In this document: piece after piece, positions 9,259 to 18,824 of the stretch
How positions within the stretch are numbered: position 1 is the stretch's first letter
How the letters are laid out: each line of letters starts with the position of its first letter
NCBI GenBank assembly: GCA_017532085.1
Contig: JAFXJT010000010.1
Span: 7,057 to 71,056, forward strand
Direction: 5' to 3'
Length of the DNA stretch: 64,000 nt
Origin: Oscillospiraceae bacterium
GTDB lineage: Bacteria; Bacillota; Clostridia; Oscillospirales; Ruminococcaceae
Position numbers and translations under genes: made by a program
The notes under the pieces: generated by a model
Told to the model about the DNA's origin: nothing
The model's input: the letters and a program-made list of their open reading frames with translations, nothing else
Database searches by the model: none

Positions 9259-11937
9259 ATGCGTGGTTTATCCTCAGAAGAGGCTGCTCGCAGACAACAA
9301 CAGGAGGGTGCCAATACGCTTGCCGAACCGCCTCGTTCGCATCCCATCCGCATTCTGCTGGCGCAGTTTCAAGATCTTATGGTACTGATTCTCATGGGTG
9401 CTGCCGGTATTTCTGCCTTTCTGGGAGAATATACCGATGCCGCTACCATCGGTATCATTGTAGTGCTCAATGCCATTCTTGGTTTTATTCAGGAATATCG
9501 CACCGAACAGACGCTCCTTGCTCTGCGGAATATGACCGCACCGACAGCAAAGGTCTATCGTGATGACAGCCCCGTCATTCTGCCTGCTGCCCAGCTGGTC
9601 ACTGAGGATCTGATTCTGCTGGAAGCCGGCGATCGTGTGCCTGCGGATGCTTGTATCCTTTCCTGCAGCAATTTGCAGGCAGAGGAATCCATTCTCACGG
9701 GAGAATCCTGCGCTGTGGAAAAATCCGCACACACCGAACAGGATGGCGCTGTCTCCAATGCCATCGGCAGGACAGATGTGCTCTATGCCGGTACCTCCGT
9801 CACCAGAGGCAGCGCCGAAGCCAAAATCATCGCCATCGGCAAACAAACGCAGATGGGACAAATCTCACAGCTGCTCTCGGAAATCGACAGCGGTCAGACC
9901 CCTTTGCAAAAACGATTGGATGAGCTTGGAAAAGTCGTTACCTTGCTGTGCGGAATTGTCTGCGTTATGGTCTTTCTGGCAGGTGTGCTCCGTGGTGAGC
10001 CGATTCCCGATATGCTTATGACCGGAATCACCATCGCCATTGCTGCCATCCCAGAAGGACTGCCTGCAACCGTTACCATTGCGCTGGCACTGGCTGTCCG
10101 CAGAATGCTCAAGCGCAATGCGCTGGTGAATCGACTGCATGCTGTGGAAACCTTAGGCTGTGCTTCCGTCATCTGCACCGATAAAACCGGTACCATTACC
10201 GAAAACAAAATGACTGTCTGTGCCTTAACTGCCGGTATGGAAGAATTGGCTCTCAGCGGAAACGGCTGGCAGAAATCCGGTACGCTGACCGATGCCCATG
10301 GCGCTGCCTGTAATCCTCACACAAAACCCGATCTGGCTGCGCTGCTGCGCTGTGCCGTATTATGCAATCATGCAAAGCTCAAGGGTACCCTGCAAAATAC
10401 CGCAAGACAGCGCGGCTCTCTGCAAGCCAAGGGCGAATGGGATACCGTCGGAGATCCCACCGAAATCGCATTGCTGGTTGCTGCCGCAAAATGCGGCTTT
10501 ACTGCCGATGGATTCTCTCGTTATCCTCTGGTGCATGAGCTGCCTTTTGAAAGCGAAACCCGTTCTATGACCGTATTTTGTGCGCAGCCCATGCAGGAGA
10601 TGCTCCTTGCCTGCCGCAAAGGTGCGGTGGATGCGATTCTGCCTCAATGCAGCTTCTATCGGGAACAGGGAAAAACGCTGCCTCTGACACCGCAGAAACG
10701 TGCCGCCATTCTGGCACAGGCTGAGGCGTATGCCGAACAGGCACTGCGGGTCCTCGCTTTTGCGGAAAAGGATTGCAAGGATCCCAATGCGCCGCTGCAA
10801 AGCATGGTCTTTCTCGGTCTGATGGCAATGATGGATCCTCCGAGAGCACAGGCGAAGGCTGCTGTTGCCGATTGCGTCCGTGCCGGCATTAAGGTGATGA
10901 TGCTGACAGGCGATCACGCAAAAACAGCGGCGGCTGTGGCAAAGCAAGCCGGCATCCCCAATGGACACAATGTACTGACCGGTGCCGAGCTGGATGCAAT
11001 GAGCGATACACAGCTCGCCGATTGCGTTGCGCAATACGGTGTCTTTGCCAGAGTCACGCCCTCCCATAAGCTGCGGCTGGTCAAAGTACTGCGCTCCAAA
11101 GGCAAAATCGTGACCATGACCGGCGACGGCGTGAATGATGCGCCTGCCGTGAAAGAGGCGGATATCGGTGTGGCAATGGGCAAAAACGGCACCGATGTAA
11201 CCCGTCAAGCTGCCGATGTGATCTTGCTGGATGATCGCTTCGATACCCTGGCTGCCGCCGTGGAGCAGGGCCGCACCGTATATGCCAATATCCGGAAATT
11301 TGTGCGCTATCTGCTTGCCTGCAATATCGGAGAAGTATTAACCATGTTTCTGGGGCTTGTCATGGGAATGCCCATGGTATTGCTGCCCACACAGATCCTG
11401 CTGGTCAATCTGATGACCGATGGTCTGCCCGCCATTGCTCTGGGTCTGGAACCGCCCTCGAAAGATATCATGCGAAAGCCGCCGAGAAATGCTTCTGAAA
11501 GCTTCTTTGCCCACGGACTGCTCTCCAAAATCATTTTCCGGGGCATCTTCATTGCTCTTTCCACACTGGGTGCCTTTACGACCATACTGCGTCTGACCGG
11601 TTCTGTGGAAACGGCACGCACAGGTGCTTTGGTGACATTGATCCTTTCTCAGCTCCTGCACGTATTTGAATGTAAAAAAGAAAATGGTACGCTGTTTACT
11701 GTGCCGTATTTTTCCAATGGAAAGCTGCTTTTGGCTGTGCTGGTCTCATTGGCTGTCACCGCTTCTGCGCTTTGGTGTGAACCGATCCGGCTGCTGTTCG
11801 GAACAACCGCTTTATATGGAAAGCCTCTGCTTTGTGCTGTGCTGTTCAGCTTTGCGGTGCCGCTGGCTTCGACGCTTCCGGTATTGCTTGGTGGATGGCA
11901 CCGCCATGACGCGGTCTCGGAATCAGTCCAAAGCTGA
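9259..11937 (+). CDS. calcium-translocating P-type ATPase (type IIA, YloB-like)
   Basis: Motifs seen: [43 protein letters not shown] and NIGEV. SD GAAGGGAG precedes ATG 9259. Confidence 0.93.
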   Translation: MRGLSSEEAARRQQQEGANTLAEPPRSHPIRILLAQFQDLMVLILMGAAGISAFLGEYTDAATIGIIVVLNAILGFIQEYRTEQTLLALRNMTAPTAKVYRDDSPVILPAAQLVTEDLILLEAGDRVPADACILSCSNLQAEESILTGESCAVEKSAHTEQDGAVSNAIGRTDVLYAGTSVTRGSAEAKIIAIGKQTQMGQISQLLSEIDSGQTPLQKRLDELGKVVTLLCGIVCVMVFLAGVLRGEPIPDMLMTGITIAIAAIPEGLPATVTIALALAVRRMLKRNALVNRLHAVETLGCASVICTDKTGTITENKMTVCALTAGMEELALSGNGWQKSGTLTDAHGAACNPHTKPDLAALLRCAVLCNHAKLKGTLQNTARQRGSLQAKGEWDTVGDPTEIALLVAAAKCGFTADGFSRYPLVHELPFESETRSMTVFCAQPMQEMLLACRKGAVDAILPQCSFYREQGKTLPLTPQKRAAILAQAEAYAEQALRVLAFAEKDCKDPNAPLQSMVFLGLMAMMDPPRAQAKAAVADCVRAGIKVMMLTGDHAKTAAAVAKQAGIPNGHNVLTGAELDAMSDTQLADCVAQYGVFARVTPSHKLRLVKVLRSKGKIVTMTGDGVNDAPAVKEADIGVAMGKNGTDVTRQAADVILLDDRFDTLAAAVEQGRTVYANIRKFVRYLLACNIGEVLTMFLGLVMGMPMVLLPTQILLVNLMTDGLPAIALGLEPPSKDIMRKPPRNASESFFAHGLLSKIIFRGIFIALSTLGAFTTILRLTGSVETARTGALVTLILSQLLHVFECKKENGTLFTVPYFSNGKLLLAVLVSLAVTASALWCEPIRLLFGTTALYGKPLLCAVLFSFAVPLASTLPVLLGGWHRHDAVSESVQS

Positions 11938-12265
11938 TCTCCAAAGCATAGTCCACCTGTTTCATCGCTTCCTGCGGAATCTCACCCATGCGCTCCTTGA
12001 GCCGCTGTTTATCAATCGTGCGGATTTGCTCCAACAGAATAATACTGTCTTTGGAAAGACCACAGCTGGAGGCTGTCAACGAAATATGCGTTGGCAGCTT
12101 CGCTTTTTCTCTCTGGCTGGTGATGGCTGCTGCTATGACCGTGGGACTGTATCGGTTGCCAACATCATTTTGTATGATCAGAACCGGTCGGATGCCGCCT
12201 TGCTCTGATCCCACAACAGGACTTAAATCTGCATAATAAATCTCGCCTCTGCGGACTGTGAGCAT
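11846..12265 (-). CDS. mazF: type II toxin mRNA interferase MazF/EndoA, with no adjacent antitoxin gene
   Basis: [58 protein letters not shown]...[16 protein letters not shown] is almost colinear with B. subtilis EndoA. SD AAAGGAGTG precedes ATG 12265. The 3' end overlaps the ATPase gene by 92 nt. Confidence 0.9.
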   Translation of the reverse strand: MLTVRRGEIYYADLSPVVGSEQGGIRPVLIIQNDVGNRYSPTVIAAAITSQREKAKLPTHISLTASSCGLSKDSIILLEQIRTIDKQRLKERMGEIPQEAMKQVDYALEISFGLIPRPRHGGAIHQAIPEASKPAAPQS

Positions 12266-12476
12266 TTGTCTCACTCCTTTCGTTCTCTTTGATAGCTTGC
12301 CCCTTTTTCAACGCTTTAGTCGTCCGAAACAGCCTCAATCCTGTTCTTTTATCTTATGTCGCATTGCGCCGAAATGTGACGAGGCTTGTCAGTGGATGTC
12401 GGCATATTCGCCAAACCAATGCCGTATTATTTGTTCTTGATTGTGCATTGATACGAATTGCAAAAAAACTTTTTCG

Positions 12477-12520
12477 AAACTTGCACGCAAACGTACAAGT
12501 TTTTGACGAAAAATCGCTGT
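12477..12520 (+). promoter_or_regulatory. operator/promoter element, site A: AAACTTGCACGCAAACGTACAAGTTTTT - N10 - CGCTGT
   Basis: A 10-4-10 inverted repeat AACTTGCACG-caaa-CGTACAAGTT sits 102 nt upstream of the terS ATG. A 27/28-identical copy with the same CGCTGT spacing lies upstream of the holin gene (site B). Confidence 0.6.
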
Positions 12521-12606
12521 ATGTGAACGCAGGTTACGCCCTCAAATATCCATCTGCGTTTTCATCCAATGCCCTCTCAAATCAAAAAGAAAGGTGGTTG
12601 ATACAG

Positions 12607-13146
12607 ATGAAGGAATCTACAGCCAATGCAGCTACAAAGCGACGCTTTTGCCGCTACTATCTGCTGCTTGCCAATGCTGCCGAGGCTGCCATCCGTGCAG
12701 GTGTGCCTCCTGATGAAGCTGAGGCGGAAGCGCTGGCGATTTTACAGTCGCCCTGCTATCGCAGTTATCTTTCCGAGCTTGCCGCACAGCCCCCTCTGCC
12801 CATGCAGACTATGGTGCTTGCCGGATTGACAAGACTCGCCTTCGGTTCTGCCAATGATGCAGCAAGACTCGTGTTCCATGATGATGAGCAGCTTTCGCCC
12901 GAAGCGCTGCGTTCTCTGGATCTGTTTCATGTCTCGGAACTGAAACGGGATAAAGGCGGCGGTGTGGAAATCAAACTGTTTGATCGGCAAAAAGCAATGG
13001 AAAAATTGCTGGAGTTCTCTCACACGGCGGATTCCTCCGCTGCCGCTTCGGCGCTGCTGGCTGCCTTGCGTACACCACAGGAGGTGAACGCTGATGACAG
13101 CATCGGACAAGATGCATCAGACCATGATGCAGCCCTTCTCCCCTAA
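12607..13146 (+). CDS. phage terminase small subunit
   Basis: The N-terminus ATKRRFCRYYLLLANAAEAAIRAGVPPDEAE is TerS HTH-like (compare FcqeYl..gNat.AairAGys). KLFDRQKAMEKLLEF is also present. SD AAAGGTGG is upstream, and the 3' end overlaps terL. Confidence 0.75.
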   Translation: MKESTANAATKRRFCRYYLLLANAAEAAIRAGVPPDEAEAEALAILQSPCYRSYLSELAAQPPLPMQTMVLAGLTRLAFGSANDAARLVFHDDEQLSPEALRSLDLFHVSELKRDKGGGVEIKLFDRQKAMEKLLEFSHTADSSAAASALLAALRTPQEVNADDSIGQDASDHDAALLP

Positions 13147-14377
13147 GCAGCAGACGGTTCTGCGATGGTGGCTTGATCCGGAAACAGCACAGTATGATGC
13201 GATTCTCTGTGACGGCGCCATCCGTTCCGGAAAAACAACCGCACTGGCTCTGGGCTTTGTCATCTGGAGTTCTGCCGTCTTTCATCAGCAGAGCTTTGCT
13301 TTGTGCGGCAAAACCATTACCTCTCTGCGCCGCAATCTGATTGCACCGTTGATCGGACAACTGAAGCTTTTGGGGTTTACCGTCACGGAACGGGTCAGCC
13401 GTTCCTATTTGGATATCAGTTTTCAAGGTCACTGCAATCGGTATTATTGCTTCGGCGGCAAGGATGAGGCTTCCGCTTCCCTCATTCAAGGCATTACCCT
13501 CGCCGGCGTTCTGATGGATGAGGTGGCTCTGATGCCCCGATCCTTTGTGGAGCAGGCATTGGCTCGCTGCTCTGTACCCGGCTCAAGGATCTGGTTTTCC
13601 TGCAATCCGGAGCGCCCTTCCCATTGGTTCTATCAGGAATGGGTGCTGCAATGCAAACAGAAAAATGTGCTCTATCTTCATTTCACCATGCAGGATAATG
13701 CTTCACTGACACCTGCAATCCGCAGACGCTATGAACGAATGTACAGCGGTGCTTTCTATGAACGCTATATCAACGGAAGCTGGGTTGCCGCACAGGGGCT
13801 GGTGTATCCTATGTTCTCACAAGCACGCCATGTGGGCACGCCGCCCGAACCCTGCAGCCGCTATGTCATCTCCTGTGATTACGGCACCATGAACCCCTGT
13901 TCCTTTGGATTGTGGGGCTTTTGCAGGGATCGCTGGTATCGACTTGCGGAAAGCTACTATAATGCCAGAGAAACCGGTCTGCCGCGTACCGATGAGGAAC
14001 ACTATCAGACCTTGTGCCGGCTGGCAGAGCACTATCCCATTGAACAGATCGTCATTGATCCTTCGGCGGCAAGCCTGATTGCCTGTATCCGCCGCCACGG
14101 CAGATTCTGCGTGATCCCCGCACAAAACGATGTGCGCAGCGGCATTCAGCGTGTGGCAGATGCCCTGCGTGAGGACAAGCTGTGCTTTGCACCCTCCTGC
14201 AAGGATACCCTCAGAGAATTCTCTCTCTATGCTTGGGATGAACACGCTGCCAAGGATGCTCCCGTGAAGGAAAATGATCACGCAATGGATGACATCCGCT
14301 ATTTCGTCAGCACGGTATTGTGCCAATCGGATAAGCCCGCTTTCTTTGCGGCTTCGCTTGCAAGAGCACAAGGGTAA
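13094..14377 (+). CDS. phage terminase large subunit (PBSX-type)
   Basis: Walker A CDGAIRSGKTT, Walker B GVLMDEV, and nuclease-domain motifs SCDYG and NDHAMDDIRY. SD GGAGGTGA lies 6 nt before ATG 13094. Confidence 0.9.
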   Translation: MTASDKMHQTMMQPFSPKQQTVLRWWLDPETAQYDAILCDGAIRSGKTTALALGFVIWSSAVFHQQSFALCGKTITSLRRNLIAPLIGQLKLLGFTVTERVSRSYLDISFQGHCNRYYCFGGKDEASASLIQGITLAGVLMDEVALMPRSFVEQALARCSVPGSRIWFSCNPERPSHWFYQEWVLQCKQKNVLYLHFTMQDNASLTPAIRRRYERMYSGAFYERYINGSWVAAQGLVYPMFSQARHVGTPPEPCSRYVISCDYGTMNPCSFGLWGFCRDRWYRLAESYYNARETGLPRTDEEHYQTLCRLAEHYPIEQIVIDPSAASLIACIRRHGRFCVIPAQNDVRSGIQRVADALREDKLCFAPSCKDTLREFSLYAWDEHAAKDAPVKENDHAMDDIRYFVSTVLCQSDKPAFFAASLARAQG

Positions 14378-14423
14378 TCTGCTGAAATTTCCCCGTACTG
14401 TTATCAGAAAGGAGGTTTTTTCT

Positions 14424-15641
14424 CTGGGATTTTTTTCGTTTTCCAAGCTGCGGCGCAGCAAAAGTAATGGGCTTGCCTCCTCCTCGGTAATCTCCACCAC
14501 GGCAATCCGAGGCAGAGCTGCCGATTCGCTGCTGCCTGCCACGCACTTTGCGGCACCGGCTGCCGCAGAATGGCAGCTTTATGAAGGTCTGCGCTATGCT
14601 GTTCCTGTCATTGATGCTGCATTTCGTAAGATTGTAAGGCTCAGCGGCGGCTTTCATTTTACGGTTGACAATGATGCCGCACAATCGTTTTTGGATCAAT
14701 TCTGCGAAACCGTACCGGTTAATGCATCGAGCTGCTCCATGCAGAGCTTTGCCGATCAGATGCTGGACTGCCTGCTGCTCTATGGCAATGCTGTGGGTGA
14801 AATGCTCCTTGCCGATGAGGATGGATCGCTCAGCGGTCTGCGCATCCTCCATCCGGCCGCGGTTATCATGGAACAGACTGCACCCAATCAATGTCGCTTT
14901 TCCATGCGCACATCCGACAGCGATAAGCCCATTCCTGTCCGCCGACCCGAACAGCTTCTCTTTACGGCGCTGAATCCTCCGGCAGGCGGTCTGTATGGTG
15001 TATCGGTTCTGCGCGGCATCCCTGCTCTCAGCCGTATTTTGCTGCGCATTTACGAATGCATCGGGCAGAATTACGATCGGGCAGGCAATGTGCGCTATGC
15101 CGTGACGTATCATCCCGATGGTGATCCCGCCTCGCTTGCCTTCGCCAAAGATCACGCCGAGGAAATCGCTGCTGCATGGCAGGATGGCATCCGTGCCGCA
15201 CAACACGGCGAAATCCGAGATTTCATCTCTGTGGGCAATGTGGAAATCCATGCCATCGGTGCGGATCACACCATGCCGAACACCGAAATCCCCGTAAGAC
15301 AGCTGCTGGAACAGATTGTCTCTAAGCTTTCCATCCCACCGTTCCTGCTGGGATTTTCTTGGTCTACCACAGAACGAATGTCCTCTCAGCAAGCCGATAT
15401 TCTTACCTCGGAGCTGGAATATTTCCGCAGACTCCTCACGCCTTTGCTGCTGAAAATCGCAGAAGCAGCACTGCGCAGTCAGGGCTTTGCCGAACATCCC
15501 GTCATCTGCTGGGATCACATCAATCTGCAGGACGAAACCGAACTTGCGGAAGCAAGACTCAAAAATGCACAGGCGCATGAAATCGAACTGCGCAATCAAA
15601 TCACCGAAACCGAAATGAGAAAGGATTGTTCAAATGTATAA
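14424..15641 (+). CDS. phage portal protein (start uncertain: CTG 14424 or ATG 14274)
   Basis: About 405 aa directly after terL. The portal-like N-terminus (M/L)GFFSFSKLRRSKSNG follows SD AAAGGAGG by 8 nt, but the codon there is CTG. The only in-frame ATGs (14274 and 14289) overlap terL by about 90-104 nt and lack an SD. Confidence 0.75.
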   Translation: MGFFSFSKLRRSKSNGLASSSVISTTAIRGRAADSLLPATHFAAPAAAEWQLYEGLRYAVPVIDAAFRKIVRLSGGFHFTVDNDAAQSFLDQFCETVPVNASSCSMQSFADQMLDCLLLYGNAVGEMLLADEDGSLSGLRILHPAAVIMEQTAPNQCRFSMRTSDSDKPIPVRRPEQLLFTALNPPAGGLYGVSVLRGIPALSRILLRIYECIGQNYDRAGNVRYAVTYHPDGDPASLAFAKDHAEEIAAAWQDGIRAAQHGEIRDFISVGNVEIHAIGADHTMPNTEIPVRQLLEQIVSKLSIPPFLLGFSWSTTERMSSQQADILTSELEYFRRLLTPLLLKIAEAALRSQGFAEHPVICWDHINLQDETELAEARLKNAQAHEIELRNQITETEMRKDCSNV

Positions 15642-16602
15642 TTCCGTAAAACTGGAAAAGGGTATGTATCACCTCGCCAACACCTCCTTCCTGCAGGCTT
15701 TGGAGCAGGCAGATCCCTCCGAGCAGTATGCAGGTACGCCGCTGGGCACTCTGGATGCCTTTGAGCGTCAGCTCAAGCGTTTTGATATCCATATCAGCGG
15801 TCCCGAGTGCGACTGCGTCGAAAAGTTCTTTACCACCACCGAAAGCGCTGTTCTGTTCCCTGAATTTGTACGCCGTGCCGTGAAACAGGGCATGGAGGAG
15901 TCCATTCTCTCGGAGCTGACTGCTGCAACCACGGCTGTCAACGGCACCTCTTACAAGGGCTTTGCGATTGATGAAACCGATGGTGCTTACTCCGCCACCG
16001 CTGCCGAAGGCACCGATATGAAGGTAACTGCCATCACAGAAGCGTCCTCTGCTGTGGCACTGGCCAAATATGGCAGAGTGATTTCCGCTTCCTATGAAAT
16101 CGTGCGCAGACAGCGTCTTGACAGCTTTGCCGTCGCATTGCGTGCCATCGGCAGAAAACTTGCCGGAGCCATCGTCGCAACGGCGCTGACCCAGCTCAAA
16201 GACTCTGTTACGGCAATCTCTTTGTCCGGCAGCGATCTTTCCTATGCGGATCTTGCCAATCTCTATGGTCAGTTCACCGACTATAACATGACAACTCTGG
16301 TGGCTTCTCCCAAGAATGTGGCGCTGATCTTAGCCATGGAGCAGATGTCCGATCGCTGTGCCGATGAAAATGGTCATGTCTATCTGCCCTTTGGTGCAAA
16401 GCTGCTCAAGGATGCTTCTTTGGAGGATACCGTTATGATCGGTCTGTGCAAGGATTATGCGCTGGAATGCATTACCGGCTCTGAGCTGCTGCTGGAAACC
16501 GATCAGCTCATCAATTGTCAGCTCGATCGCATTGCCGTTTCTGTCCGCATCGGCTTCCTGCCATTGATGGATGGCGCTACCGCTGTCTTAGAATGGAGCT
16601 GA
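15634..16602 (+). CDS. putative HK97-fold major capsid protein (no delta domain)
   Basis: 322 aa. VALAKYGRVISASYEIVRRQRLDSFAVALRAIGRKLAGAI resembles the conserved MCP core. The position in the head module fits, and the start overlaps the portal stop by 8 nt. Confidence 0.65.
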   Translation: MYNSVKLEKGMYHLANTSFLQALEQADPSEQYAGTPLGTLDAFERQLKRFDIHISGPECDCVEKFFTTTESAVLFPEFVRRAVKQGMEESILSELTAATTAVNGTSYKGFAIDETDGAYSATAAEGTDMKVTAITEASSAVALAKYGRVISASYEIVRRQRLDSFAVALRAIGRKLAGAIVATALTQLKDSVTAISLSGSDLSYADLANLYGQFTDYNMTTLVASPKNVALILAMEQMSDRCADENGHVYLPFGAKLLKDASLEDTVMIGLCKDYALECITGSELLLETDQLINCQLDRIAVSVRIGFLPLMDGATAVLEWS

Positions 16603-16637
16603 TGTTCACCCACCTCAACGAAAGGAGTATCCACACA

Positions 16638-17543
16638 ATGGGACATATGACCGATGAGGCATTGCTGGAAAAACTCAATGCCTTCACCAGACGTGCACAT
16701 TCGCTGGATGAGGTCTATCTCTTTGATCTCATCCTCTGCGATAACGAGATCGACCGTGACGGCGACTGCTTTTCCAAAGAAGCGCTGCTTTCTCTGCAGG
16801 AACGCTTCGTGGGCGTAACGGGAATCTTTGATCACAATCCTCGCTGCGGCAATCAGAATGCACGCATCTTCCATACCGAGCTGATGGAGGACAATACCAG
16901 AAAAACTGCATATGGTCAGCCCTATCTCTATCTGAAAGCCAATGCCTATATGATTCGCACAGAAAGCAATCAGGATCTCATCCGCGAAATCGAAGGCGGC
17001 ATCAAAAAAGAGGTCAGCATTTCCTGTGCTGCCTCTCAACAGATCTGCTCGATCTGCGGTGCCAACCGTCTGCAGAAAAACTGCGGCCATATCAAAGGAA
17101 GATCGTATGGCGGTGCACTGTGCTATCGGGTGCTGGATGGTATCACCGATGCCTATGAATGGAGCTTCGTTGCGGTGCCTGCTCAGAAAAATGCAGGTGT
17201 CACCAAAACAATGGGCGGCAAGCTTCTCGATGCGGAACGGCAGCAGCTTTATGATGCCTTGGAACAGGCCAATGCTTCTCTGGATGTGCTCACCGAAGCT
17301 CTGCGAAGGGAGGTTGTAAAGCTCTGCTATAAAGAGGGTGACAGCATCTGCGCCAGAATGCTTGCCGAAAGCACCATACATATGGATGCCGATGCTCTGC
17401 TCTCTCTGAAGAAATCGCTGGAGCTTTTAAAGCCTGCGGCACAGCCTCCCATTGATCACAAAGCTTCGTCCCATGCCGATCCTGCATCCAAAGGGATCCG
17501 TGCCTTCTCCATGCAGGGAAAGCGAGGCGAGGCGCACCGATGA
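16638..17543 (+). CDS. putative prohead protease / scaffold (S78 / XkdF-like)
   Basis: NEIDRDGDCFSKEALLSLQERFVGVTGIFDHNP...KKEVSISCAA resembles the prohead protease core. The C-terminal third is Ala/Leu/Glu-rich and helical (scaffold-like). SD GAAAGGAG is upstream. Confidence 0.6.
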   Translation: MGHMTDEALLEKLNAFTRRAHSLDEVYLFDLILCDNEIDRDGDCFSKEALLSLQERFVGVTGIFDHNPRCGNQNARIFHTELMEDNTRKTAYGQPYLYLKANAYMIRTESNQDLIREIEGGIKKEVSISCAASQQICSICGANRLQKNCGHIKGRSYGGALCYRVLDGITDAYEWSFVAVPAQKNAGVTKTMGGKLLDAERQQLYDALEQANASLDVLTEALRREVVKLCYKEGDSICARMLAESTIHMDADALLSLKKSLELLKPAAQPPIDHKASSHADPASKGIRAFSMQGKRGEAHR

Positions 17544-17896
17544 ATGTGGAACAATGTGCCAAGCTCTTTGCTTTGTTCGCTGCGCTTGAGGATATTACCC
17601 CCTATCAGCCTTTGCTGGATGCTGCTGTCATAGAATGCAGACAGCAGCTGAAAGAGGGCGCTGATGAATCCGATATCCGTTTGTGCTATTACTGTGCTGC
17701 CATTGCCAATCTGCGCTATACCCAGATGATCGCTGCACGCAGTACGCTTTCCCATACATATGCCGGTACCCTTGCAAAATCCCATGATGAAACCATCCCC
17801 CATCGCTTTGCAGAACGTCTGTGGCAGGAATACCGAGCGCTGGCAAAGGATCTGCTCCGGAATGAGGATGTTCTCTTTTCTGCGATGGTCGGCTGA
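17540..17896 (+). CDS. putative head-tail adaptor/connector protein
   Basis: A 118-aa helical protein immediately after the head genes. Its start overlaps the upstream stop as ATGA. The function is inferred from size and position only. Confidence 0.45.
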   Translation: MNVEQCAKLFALFAALEDITPYQPLLDAAVIECRQQLKEGADESDIRLCYYCAAIANLRYTQMIAARSTLSHTYAGTLAKSHDETIPHRFAERLWQEYRALAKDLLRNEDVLFSAMVG

Positions 17897-17913
17897 AATC
17901 AGGAGGTTCTACG

Positions 17914-18354
17914 ATGGCATATCTCTCTACACTCACCAGTTCCATCATCCGTGCCATGCAGGATATCGGTATGCGCGCCGAACGGGAATATCACAATAAG
18001 CCTGTGGATCACTATGGCAGCACTACCTTCGCTACCGTTGCTCTGGAACGGCTGATCTATGGAAAACCCCTTCCCCATTCAGAGGGCACGGTCTTTCCTC
18101 TGACCGCTACCATTCGGGTCAGACTGTATTGTCCCACAGAGTATCATACCGGTTTGCTGGAAACACAATGCGATCTGTATCTGATTCCCGCATTGCTCAA
18201 TGCGCAGCTTGATCTGCGAAAAATCATTACCGAACCGCCCTTTTTCGATGCAAAAATCGGCATGCTCTGTATGCCGGTGCATATTACGGCGGATACCCTT
18301 GCAACCCGCACATGGATCGAAACCGATACAGAAACGGAGGCTGATCAGCCATGA
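17914..18354 (+). CDS. hypothetical phage-like protein (possible neck/stopper-terminator type)
   Basis: 146 aa. SD CAGGAGG is upstream, and the stop overlaps the next start as ATGA. The function is not recognised. Confidence 0.55.
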   Translation: MAYLSTLTSSIIRAMQDIGMRAEREYHNKPVDHYGSTTFATVALERLIYGKPLPHSEGTVFPLTATIRVRLYCPTEYHTGLLETQCDLYLIPALLNAQLDLRKIITEPPFFDAKIGMLCMPVHITADTLATRTWIETDTETEADQP

Positions 18355-18824
18355 GCTATTATCTCTATGATCTGGATACCTCGCCTACGGTACGCACGGT
18401 GATTCTGGACGATATGACACTCCTTGTGGAAGGCTTTTCTTTGGAAGAAGAACGTCCTTATGATCTGATGCTGCTCATGGATGGCAGCTATCATCAGGAG
18501 GCTATGAACAAAAAGCCTTGTCTGCTCACCTTAACCGGCAGAATTGCTCCGTCGGAGGAAATGGATCTTTTGGAATTCTTCCGCCGTGCCATCGGGCAAA
18601 AAACCGCATTTTCTTTTTCGTTCGGTGAAATGCTCTTTGCCGATATGCGGATCTGCCGGTATCGGCTGAAGGCAGAGGAGGGCGCTCGGATTGCAGCGTA
18701 TTCCTTGACGCTTGTGGGCAGCACCCATCAGCCCTATACCGACGACGAAGTGGAGATTCTGCCGTTTTCTGTACGGGATCCCGAACAGACGATGACAGAC
18801 GGAAAGGAAGGGCAGAGCATTTGA
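18351..18824 (+). CDS. hypothetical phage-like protein (possible distal-tail/Dit-like)
   Basis: 157 aa. SD GGAGG is upstream, and the gene is translationally coupled on both sides. The function is not recognised. Confidence 0.55.
   Translation: MSYYLYDLDTSPTVRTVILDDMTLLVEGFSLEEERPYDLMLLMDGSYHQEAMNKKPCLLTLTGRIAPSEEMDLLEFFRRAIGQKTAFSFSFGEMLFADMRICRYRLKAEEGARIAAYSLTLVGSTHQPYTDDEVEILPFSVRDPEQTMTDGKEGQSI

Noticed and set aside
12266-12606. A hidden mazE antitoxin upstream of mazF.
   Set aside because: All three minus-strand frames were read, including from TTG and GTG starts. The longest ORFs are 9-19 codons and carry no RHH or AbrB-like sequence.
15634-16602. An encapsulin nanocompartment shell instead of a phage capsid.
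   Set aside because: The gene is embedded between a portal, a terminase pair and a prohead protease, and no cargo protein with a targeting peptide is adjacent. The context indicates a DNA-packaging capsid.
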